A stretch of 32,000 nucleotides of DNA from Wallemia ichthyophaga EXF-994 (taxonomy: Eukaryota; Fungi; Basidiomycota). Location: contig NW_008806291.1 in assembly GCF_000400465.1 (NCBI RefSeq), forward strand, positions 165,680 through 197,679, written 5' to 3'. Within the stretch, counting starts at the first letter, position 1; every line of letters begins with the position of its first letter. Below the pieces are notes generated by a model. The model saw only the letters and a program-made list of their open reading frames with translations, searched no databases and was not told where the DNA came from. Below, piece after piece: positions 1 to 12,600 of this stretch. A program made the position numbers and the translations under genes.

Positions 1-1012
1 GAGCATCGTGAGCCACCACCCCTGGTGCATCAAACGGTTGCGGTTGGTGCTCTACTTGATATGCTTCGTATGGTTGCTGAGGTGTTTCTACTTTAACAGA
101 TTGCCCATTCACTCCTTCATCAGTTTGTTCTGGTTCTGCTTTGACTGCATGGTGCTCTTGTGGGTTTGATTTACCAGCTTGTTGATACGGTGCTACTTCC
201 TCACCTTGAGCATCAGCAGGTTGTGCCTGCGATTGTGCTGTGACTTCCATTGCCTGTGGTTGGGGTTCAGTCGAACTTGCAGCGACAGGTTGGTGAGTTT
301 GCTCAAGTGGTGGTTGGGCTACAGCATCAGTAGAAGGTGGCAAGGATGAGTGGGTAAGATTTGGCTGTGGTTCGGAAGACTGCTGCACTTCGGGTTGGGG
401 TGGTGCCAGTGGTTGATTAAGAGGCTGTGGTTGGCCTTCGGCAGCAATAGCGGGCTTAACATCTAATGACTCAGCTGATGGTGCCTCTGTTGATGGCTCT
501 ACTGGTGCTGCCGATGTCTCAGATTGAGTAACAGGAGCTGGGAGTGCTGGAGAGTCTGCTTTAACAGTCTGAGGTACTTGTGAGGGTTGAAAGTGTTGCG
601 GCGTGTCAGCAGGAATGTCAGTTGGTGTAGCCATTGCGGCAGGTTGAGGTGTTGGAGGATCTTGAGGAATTGGAGTAGGCTGAGTAGATTGATTTAACTG
701 ATCTGATTCCAAAGGAGGTTGTGGAGGTTCAGAGGGAGCGGGAGTTGGAAGTTGATTTGATTGATGAAAATTCTCAAGCTTCTCAGGACCATCTAAAGGC
801 TTAGTAGTTGGATTATCGATAACTTGAAACACGTTAATAAGACTAATAGTATACATTAACAACATTTACACACCTTGTGACAAAGGTAAGGATACATGAT
901 TTGATGATGTCGATCTAAGATCAGATTCTTGTGGCTGATCGTATTTCTGTCTCTTATTACTAACATCTCCTTCCTCTTCAGATAGTGGCCTTTTATCTTC
1001 TACTATTGACAT
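1..1012 (-). CDS. 5' part of an unidentified gene, runs off the window; Pro/Gln/Glu/Ser-rich low-complexity N-terminus with a bipartite NLS-like motif
   Basis: ATG at 1012 gives MSIVEDKRPLSEEEGDVSNKRQKYDQPQ...; a 51-nt GT..AG intron at 873-823 restores an open frame (VIDNPTTKPLDGPEKLENF...) down to base 1. No domain is visible in the window. Confidence 0.75.
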
Positions 1013-2265
1013 TGTCTTTCAAACTAAAAATCAATCACGGTTCAGATTCAATTTTTAATTTTTATTAAAATTAATTTTGACACGCGCAAAATTTACTGTT
1101 GGATGTACGAGAACAACAAGCGGAATGATATACCCAGCCGGTCCGATCACGTGAAAATAATCTCAAAATTTAAATTTCACCAAAAATTAATACTTTTTGG
1201 CGATTAAAAATTATTTTATTGTAAAGCATGTAGGCTTTGTCATGGATATATGTTTTTTATTTGGCTAGACTGCGTATAAGGCGATTTATCAGCCGCAGAG
1301 ACTGCTGACGTGGTAATTTTAGTGCGAGTCGGTGACCGCTGATTTTGAGATTTGTAAGCATATTAAATAGCGTTGTTGTGGTCATTGGCGGTGGTGGCAA
1401 TGTAAGCTACCAACGTGCAATCACGCAATCAGTGTGTCAGCAGCAAGCCATCCTTCAGCCGATGACAGCTGTGATCCAGCTGGAATATCTTGAGATATTC
1501 AAAGTTAACACTGGGTGTATAATGACTCTTAAATCCTACTAGACCTAGAGTCACCAATAAACTTTTTGCGGCGATATTCCCAACCCTCTCAATCGACAAG
1601 ATTATACCGGATTGCTACCTTTAAATTACTTGTATACCTTTCCAGATCATGGTTGTTGTTCTGCTAAACTTGATACGGCCTCGACAGGGGCTGTCTGTAA
1701 CCTCTCCTATCTCCCAATCCACGCTTCAAAACCTCACTGTCCCTTACTTACTAATAAATTGCTTGATATCTCGTTCTGTATTCCTTTCTTACATTCTCTC
1801 CATTCATCCCTCCTGACCTCACGAATCGTGTTGTTGATCGACCAAAAAATGACCGTTTTCGGTGTAAAATTGCATTTGAAAAATTAACAATCCAAGAATG
1901 TTGGATGTCTTGAGTATTATAAGCTGCTTATAAGCCTTTTGTCGGTTAAATGGAGATTGCGGCTCAAACTATCGAATTATCTTTGTTGATTATGAGGATC
2001 GCTGGAGCAGAAAAGCTACATAGGATAATTCTAGCCTATTGAAATTCTATGGAGCTTTCAAATTGTTCTTTCGCCAAATAGTTCAGGCTGTGATGTCATC
2101 GAAGAACCACATATCTTTCGATTCTGTAGAAAGATGAAAAAGTAAATTGCGCCTTTATAAAGCACATCAGGATCAAAAATGGTGAAATGCAGGAGTTTGG
2201 AATATATTAGTTTTGTCTCTATTGACGAGAAATTCGAAAATGGCTTAGCGGCAGCTGTCTATTCC

Positions 2266-2337
2266 GCCGTAGTGTACCAATGGTAGGTGACTAGCCTCCT
2301 AAGCTAGGGGTTGCGGGTTCGAGTCCCGTCTACGGTA
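2266..2337 (+). tRNA. tRNA-Arg(CCT), intronless
   Basis: Cloverleaf: acceptor GCCGTAG/CTACGGT, D stem TACC/GGTG, anticodon stem CTAGC/GCTAG with loop CTCCTAA (CCT at 2298-2300), T arm GCGGG-TTCGAGT-CCCGT. Confidence 0.96.
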
Positions 2338-2345
2338 AAGGACAC

Positions 2346-2350
2346 TTTTT
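2346..2350 (+). terminator. Pol III oligo-T terminator of the tRNA
   Basis: TTTTT 8 nt after the discriminator base. Confidence 0.7.
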
Positions 2351-2610
2351 GCTTCTCATTCATTGTGATCAATTTTTGACTGGCTCGTATGTTATCGAAC
2401 TTAATGTCATTTTGTTGAATTATAGTCCTATAACTAGTGAGTGGGTGGTATGGGCAGATTAGCTGACTTGGGCAGCAATCGAGGGCGGCAAAACGGGGTG
2501 AGGTGAGTATATGACCAATGCAGAACTACTACGGTCTCAAAATGGTTCTCATAAAGTTACAAGTCCCATTGAGTAATTTATATTTCTCTCAGATCACAAC
2601 TTTCATAGTC

Positions 2611-3736
2611 ATGCCAGCGTGAGTGGGGAGAGAACTGAATAGAGCGGAACCAGCTCACCAGCAATTCCAGTAAACTCTTTGCCATCGGAAACCCACTCCT
2701 CGACAGTAAGCAACGATATATTCTCAGAGTGCGACATACTGACAGCTTCTCAGTCTCAGTCACAGAGGGAGCGGAGAAATTACTTTCACAATATGCGCTG
2801 AAATCAAATGACGCTATTCTCGCTGGACCAGAACACACAGCAATCTACGAACAAGTAAGGACAACGCTGAAACCATTATATCTGGCAGGTGGTGCTGGAC
2901 AGAACACAGCTCGCGCAGCCAGCTATGTTTTGCCAGCTGGTTCAGTTGTGTACACGGGCTCAGTCGGTAGTGATAACTTTGCGAACACTCTTCGCGAAGC
3001 TAATGACAAAGAGGGCGTAGAGAGCGCTTACTATGTTCGCCAAGATACACCTACAGGAGCATGTTGTGTCCTCATTACAGGTCATGATCGTTCATTGGTT
3101 ACTAACTTGGCTGCTGCTCAAGAATTCAGCGTTGATCACCTTCGTACTCCTCAAATGAAACAGAGAATGGACGAAGCTTCTCATTTTTACATTGGTGGTT
3201 TCTTCCTTACTCATGGTATTGAAAGCGCGCTCGAAGTTGCCAAACACTCCTCACAGTCTGGTAAGACACTCGCTTTCAACCTCTCTGCTCCTTTCATTCC
3301 ACAATTCTTCAAGGATCAAGTTGATCAGCTCATTCCATACGCTGATATCGTCTTTGGTAATGAGTCTGAGGCCGAAGCTTACGCACAATCACATGGTCTT
3401 GAGGACACCTCTGCTAAGGGTGTTGCTAAACACATAGCTAACCTCTCAAAGACTAACTCTGGCAAGGATAGAATCGTAGTCATCACCCAAGGTGCTTTAG
3501 AGACTGTTGTCGCTGTTGGTGACAAGTCACTCACATCTTTCCCTGTTTCACCTCTTTCAAAGGATGCCATTGTTGACACAAACGGTGCAGGTGATGCTAC
3601 TGCTGGTGGATTTATCGCTGCCTTTGTCCTCGGCTCTCCTATCCCAGAATGTGTTCAACTTGGTCACAAACTTGGTGCCTTGTGTATTCAACAAAATGGT
3701 CCACAGCTCCCTTACCCAAAACAGAACCTCCTTTAA
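2611..3736 (+). CDS. ADO1: Adenosine kinase (PfkB family), 3 exons, 341 aa
   Basis: Exons 2611-2618, 2671-2705, 2754-3736 give MPAKLFAIGNPLLDISV...; motifs GGAGQN, TGACCVLI, DTNGAGD. Confidence 0.95.
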
Positions 3737-3839
3737 AAGTTGTGTAAATGGATTTTTAGATAGATAACATTTTAACGTGGTAACATTTCAACAAAAAAAA
3801 ATGTATTACATTCAACCGTTTCTTTTGCTTTCTATACAA

Positions 3840-5321
3840 CTAGTTATATTGCATGTATTGACCAGTTGATGAGAACTTTGTTCCTTGTCTAATAACCTTA
3901 TCAACACTGTCAAGGAAATCCTTCTCACATGCCACCTTGCGTCTTGCTCTTATAGCAAACATACCAGCTTCAGTTGCGACAGATCTAAGTTCAGCACCCG
4001 TAGCGTTTGGACATAGTCTTGCAATCAACTCGAATCTAATATTCCTTTCACAAGACATGGATCTTGCGTGGATTTTCAAGATGAGAGCTCTACCTTGATT
4101 ATCAGGTAGGTTAAATTCTACCCTTCTATCCAATCTACCTGGACGTAAGAGAGCAGGATCGAGAGTGTCTGGTCTGTTAGTTGCCATGAGAACTTTTATG
4201 TTACCCCTAGAGTCAAAACCATCCAATTGATTAATCAATTCCAACATGGTTCTTTGTACTTCGTTATCACCACCAGCACCGTCATCAAATCTAGCACCAC
4301 CGACAGCATCAATCTCATCAAAGAAGATGATACATGCCCTTTTACTCCTTGCCATTTCAAAGAGTTCTCTAACCATTCTTGCACCTTCACCGACGTATCT
4401 TTGTACCAATTCTGAACCGATAACTCTAATGAAAGTGGAGTCCGTTCTGTTTGCGACTGCTCTTGCGCAGAGTGTCTTACCTGTACCAGGTGGACCATAG
4501 AGAAGAACACCTTTTGGAGGATCAATGCCGAGTTTCTCGAATCTCTCTGGGTTGAGTAGGGGGAGTTCAACAACTTCTCGTAATTTATCGATTTGTTCTT
4601 TACAACCACCGACATCAGAGTAAGTAATGTCTGGTTTCTCCTCAACCTGCATCATAGTAACAGTTGGATCAATTCTTGGTGGTAATGGAATTTGAATTTG
4701 ATATTTCTGTCGATCAACACCAACTCTCATACCTTCTTCAATATCAGTTGGAGCAATTCTGTCGCCTAAACCGACGACGAATTTGGCGACGTGTTTGATG
4801 TCAATGACGTATTTATCATCGCCTTCACCGCCAGATTGTTCAGCAGAGGTACCAGCGCCCAAAACACCTTGACCAGCCTGAGCCATGCGTTGAGTGAGAG
4901 GGATGGAAGGTTGTTGTTGGGGTTGTTGTGGCTGCTGTTGAGAATTATCTGCAGACTCAGCTTGCTGTGCTCCCTGTGCTGCCTGCTGAGCCATCAAGTG
5001 AGGCCTAATAATCTTTGTACACCTCGCAACTTGAAGTGGATGCTCAGATTCCATACGCTGTCTGTCAGCGGGTAAATCCCAAAGGTTAGGAGGAGCTAAA
5101 CCGGTATCAGATTCCTTAATTCCCATTCTCTCGTTAACACGCTTTTGTACTTGATTTATATCATTTTCTGCTTTCTTGAGCTGCCTGGCGTAAGGTCCTT
5201 GGCCGTAAGTCTTGAGTATTTGAATATCTGTGTCATCGAGCGCTTCAACTTTCCCTTGATCCTTCTTTGATGGATCTGTTGGATCTGCGCGATATTTCTC
5301 CCAATCTGCTTTTGGTGCCAT
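3840..5321 (-). CDS. RPT1: 26S proteasome AAA-ATPase subunit Rpt1 (PSMC2), intronless
   Basis: Walker A GPPGTGKT, Walker B IIFFDE, N-terminal LKTYGQGPY and [16 protein letters not shown]-terminal HbYX-like YMQYN. Confidence 0.97.
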   Translation of the reverse strand: MAPKADWEKYRADPTDPSKKDQGKVEALDDTDIQILKTYGQGPYARQLKKAENDINQVQKRVNERMGIKESDTGLAPPNLWDLPADRQRMESEHPLQVARCTKIIRPHLMAQQAAQGAQQAESADNSQQQPQQPQQQPSIPLTQRMAQAGQGVLGAGTSAEQSGGEGDDKYVIDIKHVAKFVVGLGDRIAPTDIEEGMRVGVDRQKYQIQIPLPPRIDPTVTMMQVEEKPDITYSDVGGCKEQIDKLREVVELPLLNPERFEKLGIDPPKGVLLYGPPGTGKTLCARAVANRTDSTFIRVIGSELVQRYVGEGARMVRELFEMARSKRACIIFFDEIDAVGGARFDDGAGGDNEVQRTMLELINQLDGFDSRGNIKVLMATNRPDTLDPALLRPGRLDRRVEFNLPDNQGRALILKIHARSMSCERNIRFELIARLCPNATGAELRSVATEAGMFAIRARRKVACEKDFLDSVDKVIRQGTKFSSTGQYMQYN

Positions 5322-5407
5322 GTTGAGTGTTTGGAAGAGGCCTACGTAATCACCAAAGATACTCTATTGTAAATTAAATTATGGTGTACAAATTTATTCT
5401 TTATTTT

Positions 5408-7718
5408 CTAATCGAGGGATATAGCAGGCATTTCCTCATCGCTGGATTCTTGCCCTTCCTTATCCTTATTCATAACTGGCAGCGGATTGCTAAATGACTT
5501 GGTCGACTCAATTGGCGGTGGTCGAGCTGTTGTTATCTTCTCCATCGTCTTGGGTTCATCTTTTGCCACTGCAAAATCAAGCTGTCCATTCGCACTGGCG
5601 GTGCTAGTTGGGTTGTGCTGAGACACGCTCTTTTCTTCCTCTTTTTCTTTTTCATCTTTTTCATCTTGCTCCTCTTGCTCTTCTTTCTCCATGGCTTCAT
5701 CTTGATCCTCATCCTCATCCTCATCCTCATCCTCATCCTCACCTTGCTCACCTTGCTCACCACCGCCAACAACACCCAACGCCAATTTGATATTCTCCAA
5801 TTCCTTCTTCAAATTGACACGCTTATCGTCAATATCAGCGTGAACAACTGGCGGTGGAGCAACGGGATGAATGATAGCGTCAAGCAGCTCACTTGAGCCA
5901 GTAACTTGGACAATCCAGCTCGACATTGGCGAAGTGAGAGCGCGTTTACTCTGAATAACTCCTACGACAGCCTTCCAAACGCGCTGAGACGCAGCTTCAC
6001 TCGGCATCACTCCCCTCCATTCCTGATCTAGCGCCAAGGCTACGACAATTTTCAAACCGAGTGTTTCTAAACTAGGTACGGTGTGTAAGGCCTTCTTGAT
6101 GACTGCATGTGTTGGGATTAGATTGGTGTTAACACTATATCCTACTAAATAAACACTCACACTCAAGAGATGCGAGCAATATCTTCACGTCTACCGCTGA
6201 CATTCTCACACTAGCTGAAAATGCTTCGTCTACTTCAAACTGTGCTCGACTCCGTTTCTTCCCTTTCCCTGACGCTTTCCCTGACGCTTTTGTGTTACTC
6301 CCTCCCACTGCTGTCTGCTTGGCTGGTGCAGCTAAAGCGAGTGAGCCGAGTGCACATTTAGCAATGCGAGTCATATGTGCATTATCGACACTAGACGCTG
6401 CTCCGGTGGCAGTCAGTGAACTTGAGAGCATCAGGAGGGAGTGTTTGATTTGGCTGTGCGTTTTTAGTATGTCAGAATGGATTGATAATGTACTGCTCAC
6501 CCATTCACCTCTGCGCTAGACAGATGGAAAGCAACAGCGTTGAGAATGGTGCTGGTGTGCGGTGCGAGTGAGACGCCCACCAGTGTCGATAACTGGGAGA
6601 GCAGTCCACAGGCAAAGCTGGTCAGCTGCACTGTACTACTAATGCGCAGCACCTCTTCCTCTTTCGAAGAGTTTTCTTTCTATTTCACAGTCAGCAGACT
6701 ACACGCTAGCTGGAATTCGCGCATCACTCACTATAGTAGCCGGTGTGAGGTGGAGAATGCGAGTACACAGACTGACAATATTCCCGACGGGGATACTGAC
6801 AAAGGTGTCGTATTTCGCAGTCAGCGCACTGCATATCGCGTAGAATAACACACCAATACGTCTAGTCAGGAAGGGTGCATCTACTAGTAAATCACCAGTA
6901 ACTGCTCTGATTTTGCCCAGATTGATACTTTCTCCTTTGCTGCTCTTTGCATATGCCCACGTCTCGCCTTGCAGATGGCCGACATCCTCATCGATGCTCG
7001 TCAGCGTGCTCTCTATCAGCTTCTTGAGCGTAGGCGATACATTCGCTTTACCGGCAGCGCGAGCCGAGGAGGAGAAGAGACGAGTGACGGCGTCGACGAG
7101 CTTCTTGTTGGTGGAGTCTGGTGAATGTGCGAGCAACTCCGTCACTACGCCATTGAGGGCGTTCAACTGAGGTCTGAAGCTGCTTGGGTGGGTAATGAGA
7201 TGATCGCTAGCAGCGTGCATAGCGTCTATTTGTACATCACGGCGTTGTTTAACGAGATCGACGAGTCTTTGTGCGTACTTGACCGACAGCGGCTGCGTGA
7301 CAGCTCTGCCGAACTCGGGAAGCCGCGTCGCAGCGGTGAATATGAGCGTGGTAAGGGTGAGAGCGTGCTTGAGCGTCGCCGCCTCCTCGTTCCCCCTGTT
7401 CACAACTGCAATAGCTTTCTCCAGCCACTGCTTGCCGTATTGGCGGATGCAGTCGAGGGAGGACACCCGCGCATTGGCCCAGACCACAGCCAGTTGGAAA
7501 CCTAGCGATCTTTCGAATTGATCGCGGGATTGCTGGAGTGTGTTTATGCGTGTGTTCAGCTGCGTTAGCATTTCGCTGCTCTCATCCGGGTTGAATACAC
7601 TAGCATCCGATTCAAGTAGCTGTAGCGCAGCCAACGCTGGTTTCTCCTCTGGATTGCTCAAGTAATTTCTAAGCACTAGCTTTATCACCCTCGCTTTATT
7701 GCTGCTATTGCTGCTCAT
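5408..7718 (-). CDS. RIX1: Rix1/PELP1-like pre-60S (rixosome) protein, 4 exons, 717 aa
   Basis: Joins three track ORFs through introns 6731-6680, 6500-6454 and 6160-6103 (2154 nt coding). Helical N-terminal region (RINTL, LPEFGRAVTQP), GKGKKRSRAQFEVDE basic motif, acidic tail ending MPAISLD. Confidence 0.75.
5698..5740. repeat. (TCCTCA)n hexamer repeat encoding the Asp-Glu tract of RIX1
   Basis: Tandem tcctca units, read as EDEDEDEDED on the minus strand. Confidence 0.85.
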
Positions 7719-8007
7719 TTGGTGGGTTTTATCAAGAGACAAGTTTCATTCGTGGGGATCTTGCATACAAAATTAGCATCACTGGTTTGATGTGTATTGT
7801 TTATTTAGATTTACTGCTTATTTAATCTTTCTTGGCTGGCAAAGGGTGCAAATTTCCAATCAACCGAGGGGCACACAGACGCACACACACAGAAACACAA
7901 CACACCCACACCATACCCACAGCAACTCCCTCCATGGCTTATCCTAGGGTTGCATTTTTTAATTTAACCATTTTTAGTTTTTGGTTAATTTTTTTTTCAC
8001 CCCGGGC

Positions 8008-8014
8008 TATAAAA
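8008..8014 (+). promoter_or_regulatory. TATA box upstream of U1 snRNA
   Basis: TATAAAA starting 34 nt before the U1 5' end. Confidence 0.65.
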
Positions 8015-8041
8015 GACGTAGGGCTTCCAGCTTGTTTCTTC

Positions 8042-8213
8042 ATACTTACCTTGGCGAGGCTTCTGATCTCACGTACATTGGAAGTCGTGTTGACCGTCTG
8101 GGCATTGCACGGCGACAGTAGCCTACTCAGAAGGGATGCATTGTGTAGACTTCGGTTTACATATTGCCTGAATATTTTGCACGCCTTCTACTCTACTCTG
8201 TAGGGTGGATGGC
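8042..8213 (+). ncRNA. U1 spliceosomal snRNA
   Basis: 5' end ATACTTACCT (5' splice-site recognition arm); closing helix GGCGA(8053)/TTGCC(8164); SL1 stem GGCTTC/GAAGTC; U1A loop ATTGCAC at 8104-8110; SL3 TGTGTAGAC-TTCG-GTTTACATA; Sm-like site AATATTTTG at 8171-8179; 3' hairpin to about 8213. Confidence 0.92.
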
Positions 8214-8336
8214 ACTGTCCTTGTTGTTTTCGCAGCTTTGATTGTGCTATCTGACCTGTTTGAGTGATTATAATAACTATCGATGCATTTGATTAAGTTG
8301 ATGTTGATTAGTGTGTATGTTTGTACAATGACGCCA

Positions 8337-9609
8337 TTAGACCGTGTTGGAAACTTCTAGGCATTTGTCTACTGCCTCTTCTAAATTACCGTGCTCAGCA
8401 TTGAGTATCATTTCGCACACTCCTGGCTCAACGTGAGGGAATATCTGCAGCAGTGTCTCAAGTGACTTGTTGAACTGCTGTCGAGAACGCTCCATCTCCT
8501 CAAGGTATTGCGAATGAGACCGTTCTAATTGAGTGTTTTCACGCCTGGTATCACCAACACTCTCCACCTCAACCCCATTCCCGTTGCGCTTCGGAGAGGT
8601 CGAATTGGTTAGCTTATCAACACCCTCTTCAACCACTTCACCGAGCAGCTTACCTATCTTGCCAATCCCTTGGGTAGTTCTTTGAAACATCTGCCTGGAT
8701 TCGTTTGCTAGGTTGAGTTGAGGTGTTGTGGGTGTCGATTTAATTGGAGAAGGTGGAGGTGTGGATGGTAATTGGGATATAGCTTCTGCGACGCGCCTGA
8801 ACATTTGTGAGCACTTTACTGTACCACTATGACCCCACAAACCTCTCAAACTCCTCTTTATCTATATTCGACAAGGCTTTGTGATCTAAATTGCTGATAA
8901 AAGAAACAGCAGCTGTGATAGTGTAGAAGTAGTAGCCCACTTCACCAGACAACTGCTCGCTATCAGTGAAACGTTGTATATAATCAATATTGCTGATCAA
9001 ATGTTGCGGATTAGATTGTAGAAGCGTGTAGATGAAGAGTGGAAGTAAGCTATCAGCTGAGGTAGTTGCAGGTGAGTTGTTGAGTATGCTAGTGAGTATA
9101 ATTGAAGTGTTCAAGATGACTAATTTCTTATCCTTTGGGCAATGGTATTTGTTTATTGAGTGTAATTGATGTGTAGCAAGTTTGAATGTTTCACCTAAAT
9201 CAAAGTATAGATCGAGGTTTTCAAGGTTGATCCAGTTGAATATTCTTATTCGCTGTTCAAGCACTTGGTCCTTTGCTAGATCATCAAATTTAGGATTAAA
9301 AGTTCGAGGATATAGCTTAATATGTATCAGCTTATCGATGGAATCCAAAGCCAAATCGAGATCATCAAATTGATTGGATTTACGCATTTCTGCAGCGATG
9401 AAAGATAAGAAATCAGAAATCAATTTGACTTGCTGGGTCGATGTGAAATCTCTCTTTTCAAAACCAGATAAGAAGGAGAGCGTGTACTTGTTCACAGATT
9501 CCACTCTATTGTAGACACTTAAAAACCGATTAAACTGATCATCCTCGTCAATGTCAAATAATTTTTCATTTAATTGGTGTTGATTATCCTCTACAATCGC
9601 GGATGTCAT
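8337..9609 (-). CDS. VPS9: Vps9, Rab5/Vps21 GEF with VPS9 domain and C-terminal CUE domain, 2 exons, 408 aa
   Basis: Intron 8842-8797 joins the two track ORFs (EEFERRVAEAI). Motifs CPKDKKLVILN, SADSLLPLFIYTLLQSNP, IDYIQRF, GEVGYY; CUE motif IFPHVEPGVCEMIL..LEEAVDKCL. Confidence 0.92.
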
Positions 9610-12600
9610 GGACTATGAAGGATCAAGAAATCAATTGGGTTATCTGCTTTCTAAAATTTTTAATATTTAATACGAACAACTGGACAACACTATTGCTTCC
9701 TTACAACCATCATCTACAAATTCATTATTATAAATCGACGATCAATAGGGATGACGTTTACAGGCTGCAACTGTCTACTAGGGAGATGGACAGAATACAA
9801 TTTATAAGGCTTCTAAGTAATCCTGAGTATCTCACTAGCATCCACCCAGCCATCTCCAACGCTATCACTCTCAACGTCATCGACTCTCACACAAAGTTGA
9901 TACGCGTCTTTATTTCCTCTGGTTGGACTAAATCTATAAAATACAGTGATATTATTATAACCATCTTTTACAATCAACACTCTGTCATCTCTGTAGCCAC
10001 TTCAATCGATCCTCAATCTGAAGAACCCTATCAATACGCTCAAATTCCTCTTTTAGCGTGGTCTGCGGAGTTTAATCGCCATTCCACCAAGATAAATCAC
10101 TACTGGCAGTGGAATATCAAAAATCACTCAAATACTGGCTCAATCATGTCAAATCTGGTTGATTTAATGGCGAATTCAAGTGATATCCCCCTGTTGAACT
10201 CGTTTGACCATCTCAATATCAATAATTACTCTATTGACAATCAAAGAGATTGCTTATCGTTTCAAGTTAACGTTGAAAATCACTCTGACTCCTCCCCTCA
10301 TCTTTCTTTGGTCGTTTTAGCTGATTTCGCTTGGGATTTACTCACATCCAGTGATTGTAACGCGCAAATCTCAAATCATTCTTCTTTACTACTCATCCAA
10401 ATCCATTTCACTCACTCCACCTCCCTTTCCATAGAAAAAACTACCGGTCCTCCTTCTTCTGTACGATTTAATGGCATAATCAAGCCCATCTCTATCTCCA
10501 ACGATCCTATACTCAATGAGGCCCTCCCAAAATCATCTGCCCACAAGTTCCATGCCAATTCGATCATGAACCAGCTATCCAACTCCAGCAAGCAGGAGGA
10601 ATCGGCCTTGACTGAACATTCCTCACAATCCACTTCCAATTCCTCTTTACGTTCATCCTCACGTACACCCTCCCAAGCTACCGAGATCGCTTCTATCATT
10701 CGTCATAATTACACCTACTTCTCCAGTTTGCTTCAAGAACCAGAGCCAAAGTGGAAGCACGTGAGCGATACCAAGGGTGTCTCTATCACTCAACTCGATA
10801 CTATCGACCCTGCAGTTGTTTTGTATCGTGGTCAAGGTGAGTGTGCTACTGATTACCCTCCTCGCCTCCCTTACACTCCCCACAGCAACATTTATCGGCG
10901 TTAACATTTTTGATATCTTTGCAGTCTTTGAATCGTACGGCTCAAGGGTTTTTTGGGACAAAACGTTCGAGGATGCAACTTTGCTTGAGGATATCAACAA
11001 CGCTTCTTTTCTTTGGTATTTGAAAACTAAGCCAGTCTGGCCAGCTAATGCCAGAGACAATGTCCTAGTAACGACTTCATACAAATCAATGGCTAGCATA
11101 CACTGCTTCGGTTTCACAGCCCACGACTCTTCTCTATTCCCCACAATCCCACCTATCAAGCCAAATCTCATACGATCTCAAACCGACTTGTCAGGTGTAG
11201 CTATTGAGAGTCTATCGCCTACAACGGTCCAGGTGACTGTACTGGAGCAGAGTGATCCAAAGGGATGGCAGAACAAGTCTGGTATTCCCCAAATCCTCAC
11301 TCAACAGATCTCGGGAGTTGGAGAGTTTGCTATTAAGTATGGAGGCCCTCCAATACTGACGGATATCACCAACGCGCGCACACTCATGAGTCACTACGAC
11401 CACGAGAAAGCCAACTACAAGTTGGAATATGAAATGATTCTGCCATTCGACACTCTCGTACCGGTGCAATCAGAAGAGGAGCTGCATCCAAATAGGTCCA
11501 AGGAGCCATTCACTATCACTTGCTTGCTTCGTTGCGACTTGGATAGGTGGGCGAACAGCATTGATATAATTATTGATCCTCCTGCGACTAATGTCGAGTG
11601 CATAAAACGTCATAGACTCAGCGCCCGAGGCGGAGGACTGTGGATTGCCATCAAACACCAAATCGACCCATCTAATGAGCAGTACGATATTATGGACTCG
11701 AAGCTAGCAGTGAATATATTAAGGAGCAAAAAGGATAAAGATCGTGGTAGTGTTTACGTCAACGGAATGAAAGAGACCATAAATAATGAAGAGATGTCTG
11801 AAGAATCTATTGCAAAATTGAAAGCAATGAAAAGACATCCACCAGCTTGTGTGCCTCTCGACACACTTGCTGAGAGGCATCTCGAAGTGAATGACATAGA
11901 TCCAGTTGAAGGTTGGTTGGATTTGGAGAAGAAGGAGGTAGATGTCAAGTTATTGTCATCGTCATCGTCAGTGCCAGCGTCAGCGTCAAATTCAACATCA
12001 GCTTCTACATCAGTCGCACCTATGAATATACCTAACTCGGCATCAGCTGATAAAGAAGTAGCTTCTAGGTACACATCTAAGATGGGCAGTATCCCCGAAG
12101 CGCCTTCTATCAAGGAAGATTCCAGTATACTCTCACAGAATTTTAATCAAGATGCCACTAAGCACAAGGAGCCAATGAGACGCGCACTCGATTCATTGAG
12201 TTGGACAAGAAGAATACATGAGGATCTTAATACTAACACACATACAACTTCGTCAGCCTTAAAGAACACACTTACATCACAAAAGCAGCAATTATATGGA
12301 TCGAGCGTGTCAACAAGTGGCAGTATTGCCAGTAATAACTCCAACACAGATCTACTATCAACGGATGGCTCAAAAAATACCAACTGGAACGTTATATTTG
12401 AAAAGGATGATCTCACAATAAAGAGAAAAATATTCCACGCACTATCGAATGATGTCCCAGTGCAAGTTGGTCAGCGTGTCATTGAAGGGTGGAGTGTTAA
12501 CGAAGTAGCTTCGGCTATACATTCCTCATACATTTCAAAGTCGTTCAAGGATGGGAAGAATTGGGACAATGAGCGAATTGCACACAATGATGTACTTGAG

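Noticed and set aside
1345-1542. VVVIGGGGN resembling a Rossmann dinucleotide-binding motif
   Set aside because: No ATG start, no continuing domain and no workable splice model; a chance GT-rich translation is likely.
7832-8203. 123-aa plus-strand ORF
   Set aside because: It runs through poly-T/CA promoter sequence and the U1 snRNA, which explains the region far better.
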